Positions 31,399 through 44,122 of a stretch of 64,000 nt of DNA are shown piece after piece (the stretch's first letter is position 1; every line of letters begins with the position of its first letter). The DNA is taken from contig OX337231.1 of NCBI GenBank assembly GCA_946965045.2, positions 1,364,001 through 1,428,000 of the forward strand. The letters are read 5' to 3'. This stretch comes from Epithemia pelagica. Its lineage: Eukaryota; Protista; Bacillariophyta. Made by a program: the position numbers and the translations under genes. Under the pieces are notes generated by a model that did not search any database, was not told the origin of the DNA, and saw only the letters and a list, made by a program, of their open reading frames with translations.

Positions 31399-32628
31399 AT
31401 GTCTTCCCACAAAACACCACCGCCCAACGACAGTTCCTGGTCCAAAGACAACAACAACAACAAGGAGGAAAGCAAGCCCATGCCACAGTCAAAAGAGGAT
31501 GATACTACGAAACGGATCAAGCAAGACCCACCACCCGCTGCGGCGACGGTGCAATGGAATCGAAGTCCGACCTTGATTCCAGCCGTCTCCTCCCGCTTTC
31601 CCACACCCTTGTCCCCCCGTCATGAATTCTTCGGGTGGCTGTTGGCCTTGCTCAGTCCTTCCTTGTTTTACCTGGGACCCTTTTTGATCTTGTCGCCACC
31701 TCTCTTGTACTTTGTCTCGCCCCGGGCGTGCTTTACTATCCTCCTGCTGGACTGTCTCTTGTTGGTCTATCCTCATACACCCTGGCCGGCCTTTCGAAGC
31801 AGCTATCAATTGTGGTACCAACGGTACAATTTGCATCACAATCTTTTACTCGAGTCTTCCACCAAGAACAGCACTGGGGACAAGGACGACGACCAATCGT
31901 CTCGCTGTCCGACGGCCCGTATGAACCATTCCATTGAAAACGACATGTTGGCCATTCATGCCATGCATCCTCATGGTGTCATTCCCATTCAAACATTTTT
32001 ATGGATGACCTTTTGCGATCAATATTTACCCAATTTGTATGGTTTTGGTGCCACCACCGACATGGCCATGCGAACACCCTTGTTGCGACAAATCATGCTG
32101 TGGGGGAGTTCCGGACCCGCCACCAAGACCATTGTTCAATCCAAATTGGAAGCCGGTCACAACCTCTATGTCTTGCCGGGTGGTGTGGCCGAAATCTTTT
32201 TGGCTCAACCAAAAACTCATCGGATCAAGGCCCTTCGACGAGGACTCATGAAATTGGCCCTCCAAACTGGTGCGGCGCTCGTCCCCATTTATGTCTTTGG
32301 AGGCAATGACTTTTTCTCGCAATGGCCCTTGACGACCGAACACTTTTCGCGATCGGCCCGTGCCGGCATTACCTTGTTTTGGGGCCAATGGTTCTCTCCC
32401 CTCCCGCATGCCGTTCCCCAATGTACCATGGTCTTGGGGGATCCCATTTTTCCAACGTCACCGGGACAAGAAACGGCTGGAACACGCCGAACCTGCCGCA
32501 AAATTCCACATCCCACCGAGCAAGAGATTCAAGACTTGTTGCAGCGGTATACCACAGCCCTCCAACGTCTCTTTGATCAATACAAGGCACAGGCTGGATA
32601 TCCCAATGCACAATTGGAAATTCGATAA
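31399..32628 (+). CDS. DGAT2: Type-2 diacylglycerol/monoacylglycerol acyltransferase
   Basis: HPHG motif (AMHPHGVIP), LPGGVAEIF, ALQTGAALVPIYVFG, FWGQWFSPLP and VLGDPI, with an N-terminal hydrophobic hairpin. The 5' half of the 915-aa ORF is the antisense shadow of the RING gene. Confidence 0.88.
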   Translation: MSSHKTPPPNDSSWSKDNNNNKEESKPMPQSKEDDTTKRIKQDPPPAAATVQWNRSPTLIPAVSSRFPTPLSPRHEFFGWLLALLSPSLFYLGPFLILSPPLLYFVSPRACFTILLLDCLLLVYPHTPWPAFRSSYQLWYQRYNLHHNLLLESSTKNSTGDKDDDQSSRCPTARMNHSIENDMLAIHAMHPHGVIPIQTFLWMTFCDQYLPNLYGFGATTDMAMRTPLLRQIMLWGSSGPATKTIVQSKLEAGHNLYVLPGGVAEIFLAQPKTHRIKALRRGLMKLALQTGAALVPIYVFGGNDFFSQWPLTTEHFSRSARAGITLFWGQWFSPLPHAVPQCTMVLGDPIFPTSPGQETAGTRRTCRKIPHPTEQEIQDLLQRYTTALQRLFDQYKAQAGYPNAQLEIR

Positions 32629-32956
32629 ACATGAAAACAATCATGGTTGTTCCCTCGCATCGGATGATACTCTTTCTGCTGGCTGGACACTGGTCTAGGT
32701 AGTACCAAATCAATCCGTAAATCATGCTATTGGGATGCACAGTTTGCATTCGCACGTTGCACATACATGAGTATTACTGGTCCGATGCAAGTCACGTTCG
32801 TACAACGTTCCACTGATCCGTTTGTAGTGCCCATGTAAGGAGCCGATCCGATTCATGATTTTCGTGTTCGTGTAGTTCTTGTTCTAGTGGGTTGTCGTGC
32901 TTTGCTACTACTTCTTCTTGGCGTTTTCAGCATACGATGTCGGCGTAGTTCTTGTT

Positions 32957-35236
32957 CTACTGGGTCGTCGCGCTCTGTTTCTGTTTCGTTTTCTTGGCGT
33001 TGCGTTTTTTCCAATACCGCGACAATTCCTTGCCCACGCCCAAGAGGGCAGGCAAAACGAGTGGGATCAAGAGTGGTGCCAACAAGGCAGCGTATTGCTC
33101 CCATCCGAAATCCAATACCAATTGGGTCAAAACGACAGGGTTCGTCTGGGGCGGTGGCAGGTCCTTGTCGTGATGGTTGTCCTCCTCATCATCATCATCA
33201 TGTCCCAGTAAGATTTGAGCGGCCAAAGCATAATCGTGCTGCAGACGCAGCGCTTGTTCGGCCTGAAAGAGACGCCTCTGTGCTCGTTCGACAGGCCACG
33301 ACAAGGCTTGAGGAAGGGGAGGCTGCCATCCCGTCCATTCTTGAAACACCTTCCATACAGACGTCAATGCCGACGACAAGTCATCCGTTTGCTGCTCCTG
33401 TACTGTTTCTTCTTGTTCTTGCTGCTGCTTCTCCAAGGCCTTGTATCGTTGCAAGGCTTGATCGGCCTCCTCCACGGCATGACGGTGCAATTCCGACAAG
33501 GCACGACGCCAAAACAAATTGTAAAACCACGAAGGCGGGTGATTAGGAGTAGAATGCATCCAATCCTCGGTCGATTCAAAAGAAGGATACTGCATCCATT
33601 CCACGTTCATTACGAACGATGAGTCCTGTTCGTTCTCGTCGTCGTCCAGCAATTCTCCCGGAAATTGCGACAATCCGAGGCATCGTCGCGTGACCCAGGA
33701 AGAAATGCGACGCACAACATCTTGAGCAATGCCATCCTGTACCTGTGGCGGCAAAACGATAAAGAGCGAGTCATCCGATAGCAATACTGTCGCAGATGTG
33801 GCGTAGGAGTCGTTGTTGGACTCGTTTTCATCCGGCTCTTTCTTGTCCTTGTCATTACCGTTTCGTTCGTTGATCCCATTATCGCCGTTGACGTTTTTCT
33901 TGTCATTGTTCTCATCTGTTGCCTCGCTGTCCTCCACGAGGATGCGGTCCTCCTTCTCCCCTGTCACAGTTGGGGATACCGTAGCGTCCTCCTTCAACGA
34001 TTCATCCATGGCATCCTCTTGGTCATTGTCCACCACTTGAAGGGGATGACTTTGATACGAGTCTGGTTGTACCAACAAATACACGGGAATGGTGTTGGTC
34101 GTCGACCCATGGTCCTGCTGTGACAACCACGTTTCAATGGTGGATCGAAACAATCGTGGTTGTGGTTGTTGTGGGGAACGGGTGCTGGTCGAATGGGTGG
34201 TCGTCGTCGTCCAGTGAATGCGCAACGACTCGAGATTCTCCTCATGGTTATTGGTGCCATCCACTTCTCCAGTGACAATGGTCTGAATCTCAAAGGGTGC
34301 CATGACCGGTCCTCTTGGTGATGTTCCGTCCTTGGTGGTGGCTGGTGGTACCGACCAAGGAACCCAACCATTCCACGACAAGAAGGACACGGATTGTTGC
34401 GCCCGCGTCATGGCCGGCCACCAACCATTCCACAAAATGGACCACGACTCTCCTTGTTCGTGTTGCTGCTGGTGTTGGCTGTCCAGTATCAGCCAATGCA
34501 ATTGGACGACTGGGTCCAAACAGGTTGGAATTGACAAGGTTGTTGCGGTTGCATGTCCCTCCTCCTCCTCCTCCTCCTCCATGGGAAACAAGTGACTGTG
34601 CACAACTTGTTGTTGGAGGTGTTTGTGTCGTCCCGACAATGACGATGACGATGCGGGGACGAGAAGAAACAAGGTTCCCGTGGTTGCATCTTGAATCAGT
34701 TTCGGGCCGCTCTTGGACCAAACAGGAGGAGGACAGGGAACCAGGTAGAGATCCGCATCGGCGGCGGTGTAGTCATTCACGTACTCCATACCTTGGTCGA
34801 GTGCCACGCGTTCTTCTTCTTCGTCTTGCGGCTCCTGATGATAATCATGGCACAGGAATTCCCAAGCCTTGGGATCAGCCAACGAGCGTTCTTCTTGGAC
34901 CAGGATCATGGATTGTTTGGATGCAAAAAACGCCTTCCAATCCGGGTCACTGGTGGGTGGGACCGACACGACGAGGCGTGGCAAATGGTCCGTTTCAAAC
35001 TCGGTTTGAATGATCCGGGGATTCCACTCTTGAGGATGATGGATCCTTCCAGACTGGTTCAACGGTTCTTGTGGTTGTTGTTGTTGTTGGTCGCGCCACA
35101 AGGAAACCCAGTGCCGGACCAAATCGCCACCGCCACTGCCACCACCGCCAAACAAGCCCATCCACAGGGCGACTCCCACCAAGGCCACCACTTGAATGGC
35201 ATGAACGAGAGCCATGCAAAGACGTGTCCCTGCCAT
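32957..35236 (-). CDS. Two-TM protein, possibly GPI transamidase subunit PIG-S-like
   Basis: N-terminal TM (AIQVVALVGVALWMGLF), large low-complexity luminal region, and C-terminal LDFGWEQYAALLAPLLIPLVLPALLGVGKELSRYWKK resembling the PIG-S terminal F-x-x-E-x-x-x-A...PL..P..P...KE..R pattern. Judged by eye. Confidence 0.55.
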   Translation of the reverse strand: MAGTRLCMALVHAIQVVALVGVALWMGLFGGGGSGGGDLVRHWVSLWRDQQQQQPQEPLNQSGRIHHPQEWNPRIIQTEFETDHLPRLVVSVPPTSDPDWKAFFASKQSMILVQEERSLADPKAWEFLCHDYHQEPQDEEEERVALDQGMEYVNDYTAADADLYLVPCPPPVWSKSGPKLIQDATTGTLFLLVPASSSSLSGRHKHLQQQVVHSHLFPMEEEEEEEGHATATTLSIPTCLDPVVQLHWLILDSQHQQQHEQGESWSILWNGWWPAMTRAQQSVSFLSWNGWVPWSVPPATTKDGTSPRGPVMAPFEIQTIVTGEVDGTNNHEENLESLRIHWTTTTTHSTSTRSPQQPQPRLFRSTIETWLSQQDHGSTTNTIPVYLLVQPDSYQSHPLQVVDNDQEDAMDESLKEDATVSPTVTGEKEDRILVEDSEATDENNDKKNVNGDNGINERNGNDKDKKEPDENESNNDSYATSATVLLSDDSLFIVLPPQVQDGIAQDVVRRISSWVTRRCLGLSQFPGELLDDDENEQDSSFVMNVEWMQYPSFESTEDWMHSTPNHPPSWFYNLFWRRALSELHRHAVEEADQALQRYKALEKQQQEQEETVQEQQTDDLSSALTSVWKVFQEWTGWQPPLPQALSWPVERAQRRLFQAEQALRLQHDYALAAQILLGHDDDDEEDNHHDKDLPPPQTNPVVLTQLVLDFGWEQYAALLAPLLIPLVLPALLGVGKELSRYWKKRNAKKTKQKQSATTQ

Positions 35237-35686
35237 GATCCACAAAACGTACGTTGGAATGTATGTTTCGACTACCGAGGAATGAGAAGAAGGAAGCCAC
35301 AACAACAACAAGTCTCGTTCGTTGTCGGCAACCAAACCACGACGCAATGATGAGATACGACGAACCGGTGATGGCACGGAGATTTTCTGCGATCCTAATT
35401 GGGGGCAGGTTCCTTTCACCCCGCTTTCAAAACCCCAAGTTACTGAGCCAATGACAGACGTGTCGACCATAAACCCCCAAATCGAACAACGGCCACACGA
35501 GAGATGACCATGATGATCCAAGCCAGCAATTCTTGTGCGCTACAACTACTACTACTACTACAAGGTCCAGAAGAGAAGTGAATTACTTTTGTAGAGAACA
35601 GATAACAAGGACGCCAAGGCTACCAGACATTTGGACGCGCTCCGTATTTTCATAGTGCTCAAAGGAGAACGACCGGGGCAGCATTT

Positions 35687-35754
35687 ACCACCACCACCAC
35701 CACCACCACCACCACCACAAGACGCCCAACGGACACTTTTGGGTGTGAGAGGCA

Positions 35755-35784
<30 letters not shown>
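35687..35784. repeat. Microsatellites (ACC)10 at 35687-35716 and (AG)10 at 35765-35784
   Basis: Read directly from the sequence, in the divergent intergenic region. Confidence 0.9.
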
Positions 35785-35785
<1 letters not shown>

Positions 35786-35868
35786 ACCCGAGACTGAGAG
35801 TCTTCGTTTCATCGCTGTGAGTAACTCGAGTTTGGAGCCGAGTCTCACAACACGGCATTGTCATCATC

Positions 35869-37719
35869 ATGTCCATGGCAGCCAAAAAACAGGAACCAGC
35901 CCAATGGGAGGAGGGCACTGTGGAAGAACAAGACACGGACTCGTCCTCGACCACTCCCTTGTTGTTGTGGTCCCCACATTCACAGCTGGACGACGTCCGA
36001 AACAGCAATATGCCACCACAAACCCATACAGACAAGGAGGCCGTCACAACACAGTCGTGGGAACCCTCTCATCAGCTGCCTGCAACAACCACCACCACAC
36101 AAAGAAGCTTGCCAGACCAAGAGGAGGAGTTGCCAGAAGCGGCTCCCGGGACAATCACTGCCACATGGAATACCACGACTACTGCGACTTCTTGTGCAAC
36201 GACCAGGCCCCCCAAACAACCATCCTCACAACCACCCCCAACGGTCTATCGGCACAATGTCATTTTGCCCATGAATCATTCGTATTCCTTCCACGAATTA
36301 ATCGACAATCGAACCTTGACGTATGTTTCCATTCGCTTGCGTCGTTCCAAGGTATCGGTCCAAGTTCGACCTGCAGTCTTGGCTCGTTGTCCGGCCGTCT
36401 TGTTGGAACTGGATCAAGATTTGCATCAATGTTTGACGACTGTCTTACCACCCTCGGTCCAGGGCCTAGTACAACGCACCGTGGTGTGGATTCATGATAC
36501 CTATGTCTATGGACCTCGACAGGCACCCATTGTCCTGGATCATACCACGGCGCATCATCATCCAGCCTGGCTCCAACGGTACGTCTACAGTGAAATATAT
36601 ATGTTATAATACCATTCCGGACACTGGGAATTCCATTCTCATATATTATATACTCCATGGATTCCTCGTGACCATTGTGCTTTTGCTCTTTTTGGTTTGC
36701 TTTGCCAGCGTGGGAGATTGTGCCGAAAAGGTATTGGGGATTGAAATTTACAATTGTTTTGCCTATCGACGCATGAGAGTACGTTCTTGTGTGTGTTGTG
36801 AGCGCATTCGGTGATATTGTCTTGAGAAAAAAGTTGGGATCCAGTCTCACACAGTGTCCTTGGTATGGTTGGATTCTTTCCTCCACAACAACAACAATAA
36901 TAACAACAATGTACGAAACAGATGCATTGGAATGGATGTGGCTTAATCTTACATGAACTTTGTCATTTAATACATCAACAAGTCTTGCCGCATGGATTGG
37001 ACAATGGCGACGTCAAACGCTGCTACCAAAGAGCACAATCTGCCTTTATGGTGGGAGTACCATCGCAGTATCCGAATTTGTATCAGGAAACCTTGCGACG
37101 AGATTGGGCCGGCAAGAGGGTGGAACGGGATTTGCATTATGGAATGGTGAATGACAAGGAATTTTTTGCCGAGTTGTCGGTCACCTACTTGGCGACTGGC
37201 TATGCCTGGTTGGATCAAGTCCCCTTGCGACGACGACGACGACAAGGGGACCATTCGTCCTTGAATTCAGTTGTGGCTTGTAGTCCACCGTTGATGGAAC
37301 CCACAGTCGTGGCACGTTTGCAACAGGAAACTGTTCCGAACCAACAACAACAATCGTATCCTCCTCCTTGGTATGGATCACCAGCGTTTGGTGTCCACAC
37401 CATGACGACACACCACCACCGTCCCGTACCTCATTGCAACAAATTTTATCCCTTTACACGAGGACAATTGCGACACTACGATCCTCCCATGTACCATGCC
37501 TTTGAGTATATCTGGAAGACAGTGATTGCTCAGTGGCGTGATCCACAAGAACCAACCCACGAAAAGGACAATGACTCGTCGTCGTCATCATCTCGTTGCG
37601 ACCTCTGTTGTTGTGGTTGCTCGTGCCGTTCTCAATCACGACCTCTTGGTCGTCGTCGTGGTGGATGTTGGTGGACTCCACCCTGGAGTCCACTCCACAA
37701 GGTCAATGTCGTTTCTTAA
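35869..37719 (+). CDS. Zincin-type metallopeptidase-like protein, three exons (35869-36578, 36709-36778, 36922-37719)
   Basis: GT-AG introns 36579-36708 (phase 2) and 36779-36921 (phase 0) splice to HHHPAWLQRVGDCAEKVLGIEIYNCFAYRRMRMHWNGCGLILHELCHLIH (HExxH), with a downstream NDKEFFAELS glutamate motif. Confidence 0.8.
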
Positions 37720-38355
37720 TAAAACTGCACACTAAAACCCAAGAAGAACGATTCTGGTCACACACAGGACGACAGGAACTCACCCAATGTATTCAAATGT
37801 CGGAAGACTGAGACAGCAGTGGTTTCACTTTATAATTATACGAAAGAAAATGGACGTTGGTGTTGTTTGGTGGACCCCTCTCTTTCCTTTTCGATTCCGC
37901 CACACAATGTCGTACAGGCGTTTCCCCAATACAAGTAACCACGAACACAAGTTTTGAATGAAATGGACGGTTTTGGGAAGGAATCCAAGTTTTAAAAAGT
38001 AACAAACTATGTGGCCACGCACTCGTCTGTCTCTCGCGATCGGTAGGTCAAAAGGAACTATGTCTTTGGACATTGTCATGTTGATGATTCTGCCCAGCGT
38101 TGTCATCCGCTCATTTTCGCCTAATATTAAAAGCGGTCTTTGATCAACTACTGAGCCCATGGATATCGGTTCTCGGCTCAGTTGTTGTGGAGCCAATGTA
38201 CCACAAATTTTTGTGTGGTCTACATCTTTCTTTCATGATGCTGACGGCAATGAAACTCAAGGTCTAGCTAGTATCACATACTTCATACCAATCGACCAGG
38301 TCCAATTATGGATGTTTCCGATGTGGGTCAGTACTTATCACAGACTAGAGGATGG

Positions 38356-41339
38356 CTACGCGTTCTTCTTTCGTTGCTTCGACATGAACTTGACCACCGC
38401 TTGCGTCAGAGTCTGTGGTTGTTTCGCTGCCGCTTCGTCACTTTCCTCCTCGTCATCGGTATCCATACTTTCCCACGAGCCATCCTCATCATCGTCGTTG
38501 TCCATGTCTCCGTAAGGTTCAAGACCAGCCCATATCAATAGTTCGTCAACTCCGTCCCGCTTGGAAGGCGGTTGTCGACTCTGAAAGGCAAACTCTTGAA
38601 CGGATCGACAAAAGTCCATATGAACTTGCTTGATTTCACAGTACGGTGGTTCAATACAAATTCGTTTGTGCATCTCCTTATAATCTCTTGTCAAACATGT
38701 CTTGGAGCAATACCGAGGGACTCTGCATGTTTTGCACGTCAATGGAACTTGTATTTTGCGCTTTGATGTCAAAGCGTTGGTGTTCTTCTTCTTGCTGCCA
38801 AACAGCTGGAGGGCACTTTGCTTCATGGCACATTCGTAGTGCCAACAAAAGGAATCGTCTTGAGGCCATGCGTTCCGGGGTAGATAACTGAGTATGATTT
38901 CCAAGACATCCTTGGGCATGGCACCAACACCACCACATCGCTGCAAACATAGAGCCAAGGTGAATGTCGCGGCACGAAACTGCGAGGAAAAGGACTGGTG
39001 ACTGGAGGGCGTCCATGGTTCTCGGTAGGCACAGACCATGGCCAATAAGGAAAAATTAAAATGATACCACACCTCACCCGTCAACAGGGGACGACCGTCC
39101 TACAGAAACAAAATCGACACGAGACCAACGTAAGCACATACACTCTCATCTGCTATCCCATGGGACCCCTGTGGCGAAATGAATAGACCTGACGGGCATT
39201 ACTTACCTCATTCTCTGCCCAATCCAATGGTTTTCGAAATTCCGCTTCTTGGTCTTCACTTTCCTCGTCCGTCGTCTCGCCGTCGTCGTCGTTCTCATCC
39301 TCGATTTCTCCCGGCATGATGTGATTGCAATCGTGATAATACAAGACCGGATCCAAGGGTTGGATTCGAAAGCGACACCAAACGACAAAATCACCATATC
39401 CCAAACCCGCCACACTCATGTAGACGGCATCTCTCAAATACCACATTCGTACCGAATCTCGAATGTGTTGGTCGGGTCGACCCTTGAGAATTGCTTCACA
39501 AGCCACACCAAGTGTCGTGGACCAGTCTATCGGCCTGTCTTTCTCGTCGTCCGTCATGGTTGTTGTGGCTGCCTCCTCCGACTGTGGATCGTATCGAGTT
39601 ATGGCCAAGGGAAAGGAATGGTCTCGTTCCAGTTTTGTGGCTTGTTGAATCCGACGGGCCAAGCGCAGGGGGGACAAGGAAATGGATTCCAATTGTGGAA
39701 ATTTCGGAGCACCAAGATAAAAGGTATACTTGTAATTCATAATGCTTTTATCCACGTCCTGTGACACCAAACTGGCCGTAATGGACCGGACGGCCAAGGA
39801 CGCAATTTGGTACAATCGTTCCGAGGGAGGCAAGACCTGGACCGAAAGATTCCCAATCGCCACCAAGGTAGCTAAACAATTGTGATAGGAATCCACGTAC
39901 TGTGCCAATTTTTCGGGTGGTATTGTTTCTGAATTGTCGACCAGCGCGGCAATGCGGGCCACTTCTAATTCGCCACGCATGCCCAAGGCTCGAATGAGAC
40001 AAAAAAAGAACCGTGTGGGAGAATGACATCCTCCTTCTCGGGGATCCAATTCATTCCGGTCTTCCAACCGATTGGCTCGAAGAGCTCGTTTTAACCGTAA
40101 CTTGGTAAAACTCGTGCTATCATCGGTAGTACTGGTGGAAGAAGAAGCCAGGTCCTCGAGTGGTCCCAATTCTCGGTCATAGGCAAATCGGACCCAGGCC
40201 AGCATGGTTCGTGCATGATCTCGGGTAAGACAGTCTCCGACTCCATAGCACAGGGCGTGCGGCAACAGTTGCAACAAGAGTTGCCACATGTCACAAATGT
40301 GATCGGGATGGTGGTCGTTTTCACAGTTCACGACATCACAAAAGACATAGTCCGACAGGAGAATCACCAAGACGCGTTGCAAGGTGGACACATTTTGCAA
40401 ACTCCCATCAATGGCCAATCGTACCAACAGACCTCCGGCCAACAAATGATCTCGTTGGAGTTCCGCCAGGGCATGTTTCAAGAGCCTTAACCAGAGTTCG
40501 GTGCGTTCGACACTGCCCACTGGAGGGAGGGGTGGAATGTGGTCTAGGGCGGCCAGGGGCGGGTGCGTTTCGTCGTAGACAATGGGTGGGAGATGTGGCT
40601 TGGGAGATGGAAGAGTGCTACTGGACTTGAGCAACTCGGTCAGTTGTTCGACATAGCGATCTGGCATATTACAGGGTCGACTTCCCAAGACGGCCGGATC
40701 GACCAGTCGTCGTTGAAACAAAACGGCCATTATGACTTGAAAATCACAAAGGACAAAACACGGTACATCTGATTCATTGTCACGATCGTCGTCGTCCTGT
40801 TCATGCTGCAACAGCAAACGGGGCCACGTCCGTCCTTCCCATTCGTAATGGTGAGCACCTCCCATGGCTTGATAAATAATCGATTTGGGGTCGACGGAAG
40901 TGGGAGCAATGGGTTGCATGGGACGTCCCGTAAAATCTCGTTCGTACAAGGCGTCGTAGGCATGCAACAAGGGATAACACGAGGCATGGTAGGGAAAGAG
41001 AGAGGGATCATCCAGAGTAGCCGTAGGATTGGCGTAATTGCGGCGAGGAATCTTGGTCGTATTATCCTTTGTGTAAGGAGAATCGATTGTTTGTTCGTAT
41101 TTCAGACTTTCTTCCTTCCATTCACAGTGCAGTTTGTCCCACAAATCTTTAAAATTATGCCGGCGAGTGCCCGATTCTTGGTCTGTTTGTTCTTCGAATT
41201 GGGTGATTTCCTCCATGGTAAGAGGAACATATGTCAGCCTCAAAAAGGATGACGACGACGACGATGGGTCCTCCTGTTTTGCCTCTTTCGGCAAGGGATC
41301 CAAAACGGGGCATGGTGGACAGGTGGATGGACTACTCAT
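38356..41339 (-). CDS. MYND zinc-finger protein, two exons (41339-39207, 39099-38356)
   Basis: A GTAAGT donor at 39206 and a TTCTGTAG acceptor at 39100 join the two ORFs in phase 0 (WAENE|DGRPLLTGEVW). C-terminal CKTCRVPRYCSKTCLTRDYKEMHKRIC is a MYND finger. Confidence 0.8.
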
Positions 41340-41638
41340 AATAATACTGACAGTGGTCGTTGCCGCCGCGCCCTTGGTGTTTGGTTCGACGGCACCAGTG
41401 GGATTTTGGGAGGAACAATGGATCGATTCTCTGTGAGTGTGAGGAGACGTGTCAGAAAAATGAGGGTGGTGCTGCAGCTGGAGTGTTGGTAGGAGTTTTG
41501 GGTCGATGTCGGCGGTGGTGGGGCATGCGTGCGCTCCGACCAAACCAAACCGCGCGCTTTCCTTAGCTCCCCTCCTCACAAAATAGTCGTTCTCTGATAA
41601 AACACAGCGACGACAAAGAGGAAACAACAACGACAAAA

Positions 41639-44122
41639 ATGGAAAAAGAAAATCATGCCGTCTATTCGTTTGAGACGGACCAGGATTGGAGAGTTCCGTC
41701 CAAAGACAAGAAAAAGAAGAAGAAACATGGACGACCCTCTCGAGGCGTTTCACCAGAGAGATTCTACAGTCAAGCGGACCACTATCAAGGCAGCGCCCAA
41801 GTCAATCAACTCAAGGAAACTGTTGAATCCAGAATGATTCGAGAAGGAAAACGTCGAGTCAGTCGACAACAAACCTTGCGACGAGATGCCTACAAGAAGA
41901 TGACAGAATGCAAAACCTGGCCTCTCCAAGAACCCGCCTTGCAACACTTTTCGAAATTGATACATTCGTATTGCCACACCAAGGCCAACAAGAACAAGGA
42001 GAGAAACATCTCTACCAATCTGTCGTCGGTGCCATTCGATGCCAATTCCTCCTCCCCCACCATTGTGACTGGAACCCAAGGACTGGCATTGGATCATCCA
42101 CCCACGCAACGCTGCTGGTCCGCTTCGTCTTGTAGTGGCATTAGCAGTAGCGATGCTTCCTCCTCCTTCCATGACAATGATGAACCCAAGCGGTTACTTC
42201 GAACCCTTCATTCCAGTCCTTCCAAAAATCGCTACAAGGAACTGTGTCGACAAGAATTTCAACGAGAACACGACATTCCCATGGGGGTGACACTGCCACT
42301 AATACCATCACCATCCACCTTGACAAGCAAAGCCACAGAAACAACAACACCAAGCACCCAGAAAAACTACACCAGCAATGACAATGACGATGACAGTGAT
42401 TACCACTATTTGCAATCACGACCGGCCTTGTGGTCCATGGAACCTTGTATTTGGGCGTGGGAGATTTCCGGGACGGGCAAACGCAAATATGTCGTGGGAC
42501 AATTGGGTCGCTGTTTGGATTGGTATTGGCACAAAACATTGCCCGAAAATCGCCATGGATATGAACTCATTCGAGAAGGAGTTCCCTGTCGCTTGTATCT
42601 CGACATTGAATATTCCACCCGAGACAATCCCCACTTGTCGCAACCAGAGGCCTCGCGGGACTTTTTGGTGGCTCTGTTGGAGAGTTTGCGACACCAACTG
42701 CAAGAGATCTTTCCCCACCAGTTCCAAGACACTCCCTTGGAACGTCGACACATTATTGATTTGGATTCGAGTACGGAGCACAAATTTTCACGACATTGGA
42801 TTGTTCATTTGCCCGGTCAGCATTTGTTTTCGAGCAATCGTGCCGTAGGAGTCTTTGTCCACGAATGGATGGGATCCTTGATGCAACAACATGCTGCCGC
42901 CACTGCAGCGCAAGTTCAAGAACATGATCATTCGGGGCAAGAGTCCACAAGACACACGCGGCTTGCCCCAGCACTCTTGAAATATCTCATGGTCAATACA
43001 AAGCAAAGCAGTGGCAACCAACATCATGGAGCATCCTCTCCTCCAACAACATGCATTGTGGATTTGGGGGTCTATACCAAAAATCGCTTGTTCCGATTGT
43101 TGGGATCGTGCAAATATGGCAAGCCCTCGTCGGCGGGCCTGCGGATTGCTGCCGAAAATGAGTTTGCAGGCTTTCCCCCCAATTTTTCCAATGACAACTT
43201 TTACAAAGGTGTCGACCAACCCAAATCTGCACCAGTGTCGTCCACAACAAAGACAACAACAGTGAAAGCGTCTGCAGGGATTCGATCGAATAATGACACA
43301 CCCGAACTCGAACCCGTCTCCGCCTACAAGACCGCGATTGATTGGACTCCGCATGCGGACGCCCTGGCGCAAACCTTGGTCATTCCAGTCCATTCGACCA
43401 AAATCCAGTTTCCAATCCTTCCTGATTTACAAGACACTTGTGGCGGCGGCGGTGGCGGCCTGCGTTCGCAGGGTATAGCAAGAGGCCTGGGAAGTCGACG
43501 ACACACACCGCAATCGTCGGGACCATCGCCATTTCCAGTCTTGGATGACTTTGTCCTGAAGCACTTGGCCACACGTGGAGGTGTCAAAGGGACGATTCGA
43601 AGTTGGTCCTTGGAACGACGACACACATCCGAGGAACCATCCAGCACTATCGAGTCGTCGCCCTTACCCGTCGTTCAAGTCACGTATTTTTTGAGTGGCA
43701 ATCGGTATTGCGAACATGTAGGACGACCGCACAAATCGAATGGCATTTTTTGGGTCGTGGATTTGATTACCCAAAAGGCGACACAGCGGTGCTTTGATCC
43801 AGATTGTCGTGGATTTTGTTCCATGCCAGTGTCGTTACCGCCCCCTGTACAAGACCATGTACGAGCTTGCAACCAGCGTCATTCGTCGTCGTCATGTGAA
43901 CAATCGGAATCACACGATACTTCCTTGTCGGTGGCCCTACAGTCCTTGACACTCCAACAACAACAACAACAACAACAACAACATGCGGAAGACGACATGG
44001 AGGAGGAGGAACACGAATCTGTCGCCACCACCATTACGACTGTACCACCCGATCCCACCGAGGAACTTTCCGACGAGGCACTCGTGGAAGCCATGTTGGC
44101 TCATCCCGAACTATTTCCATAA
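41639..44122 (+). CDS. PRIMPOL: DNA-directed primase/polymerase (AEP superfamily)
   Basis: CRLYLDIEY (DxE), KFSRHW (SxH), VDLGVYTKNRLFRLLGSCK and a C-terminal UL52-type Zn finger NRYCEHVGRPHKSN...QRCFDPDC. Confidence 0.93.
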   Translation: MEKENHAVYSFETDQDWRVPSKDKKKKKKHGRPSRGVSPERFYSQADHYQGSAQVNQLKETVESRMIREGKRRVSRQQTLRRDAYKKMTECKTWPLQEPALQHFSKLIHSYCHTKANKNKERNISTNLSSVPFDANSSSPTIVTGTQGLALDHPPTQRCWSASSCSGISSSDASSSFHDNDEPKRLLRTLHSSPSKNRYKELCRQEFQREHDIPMGVTLPLIPSPSTLTSKATETTTPSTQKNYTSNDNDDDSDYHYLQSRPALWSMEPCIWAWEISGTGKRKYVVGQLGRCLDWYWHKTLPENRHGYELIREGVPCRLYLDIEYSTRDNPHLSQPEASRDFLVALLESLRHQLQEIFPHQFQDTPLERRHIIDLDSSTEHKFSRHWIVHLPGQHLFSSNRAVGVFVHEWMGSLMQQHAAATAAQVQEHDHSGQESTRHTRLAPALLKYLMVNTKQSSGNQHHGASSPPTTCIVDLGVYTKNRLFRLLGSCKYGKPSSAGLRIAAENEFAGFPPNFSNDNFYKGVDQPKSAPVSSTTKTTTVKASAGIRSNNDTPELEPVSAYKTAIDWTPHADALAQTLVIPVHSTKIQFPILPDLQDTCGGGGGGLRSQGIARGLGSRRHTPQSSGPSPFPVLDDFVLKHLATRGGVKGTIRSWSLERRHTSEEPSSTIESSPLPVVQVTYFLSGNRYCEHVGRPHKSNGIFWVVDLITQKATQRCFDPDCRGFCSMPVSLPPPVQDHVRACNQRHSSSSCEQSESHDTSLSVALQSLTLQQQQQQQQQHAEDDMEEEEHESVATTITTVPPDPTEELSDEALVEAMLAHPELFP

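Noticed and set aside
37825-38196. 123-aa ORF between the peptidase and MYND genes
   Set aside because: It has no motif and sits in convergent 3' UTR space, so it is probably spurious.
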